The notes beneath the pieces were generated by a model. That model searched no databases. It was given only the letters and a program-made list of their open reading frames with translations, and had not been told where the DNA came from. The translations under genes were made by a program, and so were the position numbers. Below are positions 62,837 to 64,000 of a stretch of 64,000 nt of DNA, one piece after another. Origin of the DNA: an uncultured delta proteobacterium (GTDB lineage: Bacteria > Myxococcota > Myxococcia > SLRQ01); the NCBI GenBank assembly GCA_963727485.1, contig CAVSGM010000002.1, forward strand, positions 288,001 through 352,000. Direction: 5' to 3'. Position 1 is the first letter of the stretch. Each line of letters begins with the position of its first letter.

Positions 62837-63445
62837 CTACTGCTTGTACTTCCCGAAGGCCTCGGGATCGAGGCCCTCCAGGTACTGGTCCCAGTCGTCC
62901 TCGGAGGCCGGGGCCGGCCGCTGGAACGGCACCTCCGGTGCGTCCTCGCCCACCACCTCGATGCGCCGGCCCCGGTCGGTTCGCGCGTCCGCCTCGGGGT
63001 CGTCGGTCTCGGCGGTGGGATCCATCCGGGACTCCCAGAGGACGTGATCGTGGACGAAGATTGACGCCCCGGCGCGGATTGCCAGGGCGATGGCGTCGCT
63101 GGGCCGGCTGTCGATGGACGTCTCCTCGTCCCCTCGCACCACCACGATCCGGGCGTAGAAGGTGTTGTCGCGCAGGTCGTTGATTTCGATGCGGGTCACC
63201 GTGCACCCGAGGGCCTCGAAGCTCGCCAGGAGGAGATCGTGGGTCATGGGCCGCGGGTGGCGGATCTCCTGCATCTCCGAGGCGATGGCCACCGCCTCGG
63301 CCTGGCCGACCCAGATGGGGATTCGGTGCTCGCCGGAGAGGTCGCGGAGGAGGACGACGGGATTGCCGCGGGTGGGGTCGACCGCGAGGCCGTGGAGCCG
63401 CAGCTCCCACTTGCGGGGGGGCTTGTCTTGCTTTGGGATGCTCAT
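62837..63445 (-). CDS. bifunctional nuclease (DUF151) family
   Basis: IPIWVG.AEA.AI, RPMTHDL, TFYA, IDSRPSDAIALA. Confidence 0.92.
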   Translation of the reverse strand: MSIPKQDKPPRKWELRLHGLAVDPTRGNPVVLLRDLSGEHRIPIWVGQAEAVAIASEMQEIRHPRPMTHDLLLASFEALGCTVTRIEINDLRDNTFYARIVVVRGDEETSIDSRPSDAIALAIRAGASIFVHDHVLWESRMDPTAETDDPEADARTDRGRRIEVVGEDAPEVPFQRPAPASEDDWDQYLEGLDPEAFGKYKQ

Positions 63446-64000
63446 GGTGTCGTGGGCCTTTCGGGGTGACGCGTCACCGCCACCAGGGCGCCGGAGAGCC
63501 CGAAGTGGCTGGTCTCTTCCACCCGGACGCGAACCAGCGCCCCGGTGGGCGCGGCGTCGGCGCTGGCGGGGAAGTGCACCATCCAGTTGTGGGTGGTGTG
63601 TCCCTGCCGGCGCGCCGGATCCTTCTTGCTGGGTCCCTCCACCAGCACCTCGACCTCGGTCCCCAGGAAGCGCCGGGTCTTCTCGCCGCTGATCTCCCGC
63701 TGCCGCGCCTGGAGGCGCGCGAGGCGGGCGGAGGCGACCTCCCGGGGCACCGGCCCCAGCTCGGCGCCGTGGCGGGAGGCATAGGTGCGGGGGCGGTCGC
63801 TGTAGACGAAGGAGTAGAGGTTGTCGTACCGGACCGTCTCCACCAGGCGCAGGGTCGCCTCGAAGTCGTCGTCGGTCTCCCCGGGGAAGCCGACGATGAG
63901 ATTGGTGGTCAGGGCGATGTCCGGGACCGCCGCCTTGAGGCGCGCGACCTTCTCCAGGTACTCGGCGGCGGTGTGCTCCCGGCGCATGGCGTGGAGGATC
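63442..64000 (-). CDS. miaB: tRNA methylthiotransferase MiaB (5' truncated)
   Basis: IVGFPGETDDDF, SFVYSDRP.T, C-terminal TRAM domain. Confidence 0.9.
   Translation of the reverse strand, partial: ILHAMRREHTAAEYLEKVARLKAAVPDIALTTNLIVGFPGETDDDFEATLRLVETVRYDNLYSFVYSDRPRTYASRHGAELGPVPREVASARLARLQARQREISGEKTRRFLGTEVEVLVEGPSKKDPARRQGHTTHNWMVHFPASADAAPTGALVRVRVEETSHFGLSGALVAVTRHPERPTTP

Overview
Core-chromosome window from a very high-GC bacterium whose gene content points to Myxococcota. It spans the replication terminus: a dif site lies at 54270-54297, and gene orientation and KOPS-like octamers flip around it. Order of contents: partial glnD; a stand-alone rplC; a 73-Cys lipoprotein and a MIDAS-VWA lipoprotein in front of a contiguous eight-gene Glt/Nfs-type (A-H) envelope machinery; typA; signalling genes; an LPP20/FlgT/PEGA/FecR envelope cluster; tRNA-Val-infC-rpmI-rplT-pheST; ihfA-merR-tRNA-Pro-surE-yqaA-apt-tRNA-Arg-cca; a DnaA-box cluster; a pseudo-histidine kinase; mnmA-rnc-ppi-era-der; yfgM-bamB-mutT; dif; guaA; guaB; a PilZ-Hsp70 fusion; partial miaB. 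No mobile elements or CRISPR were seen. Ten single-base frameshifts break nine genes, several of them housekeeping. Most sit at or beside GATC (four are GATC>GATTC), which suggests assembly errors caused by GATC cytosine modification. The most notable signals are the adhesin-like pair on the Glt/Nfs operon, the origin-like DnaA-box cluster 11 kb from dif, the GATC error footprint, widespread leaderless starts and several candidate AUC starts. All calls come from motif reading and recalled family knowledge; no searches were run.
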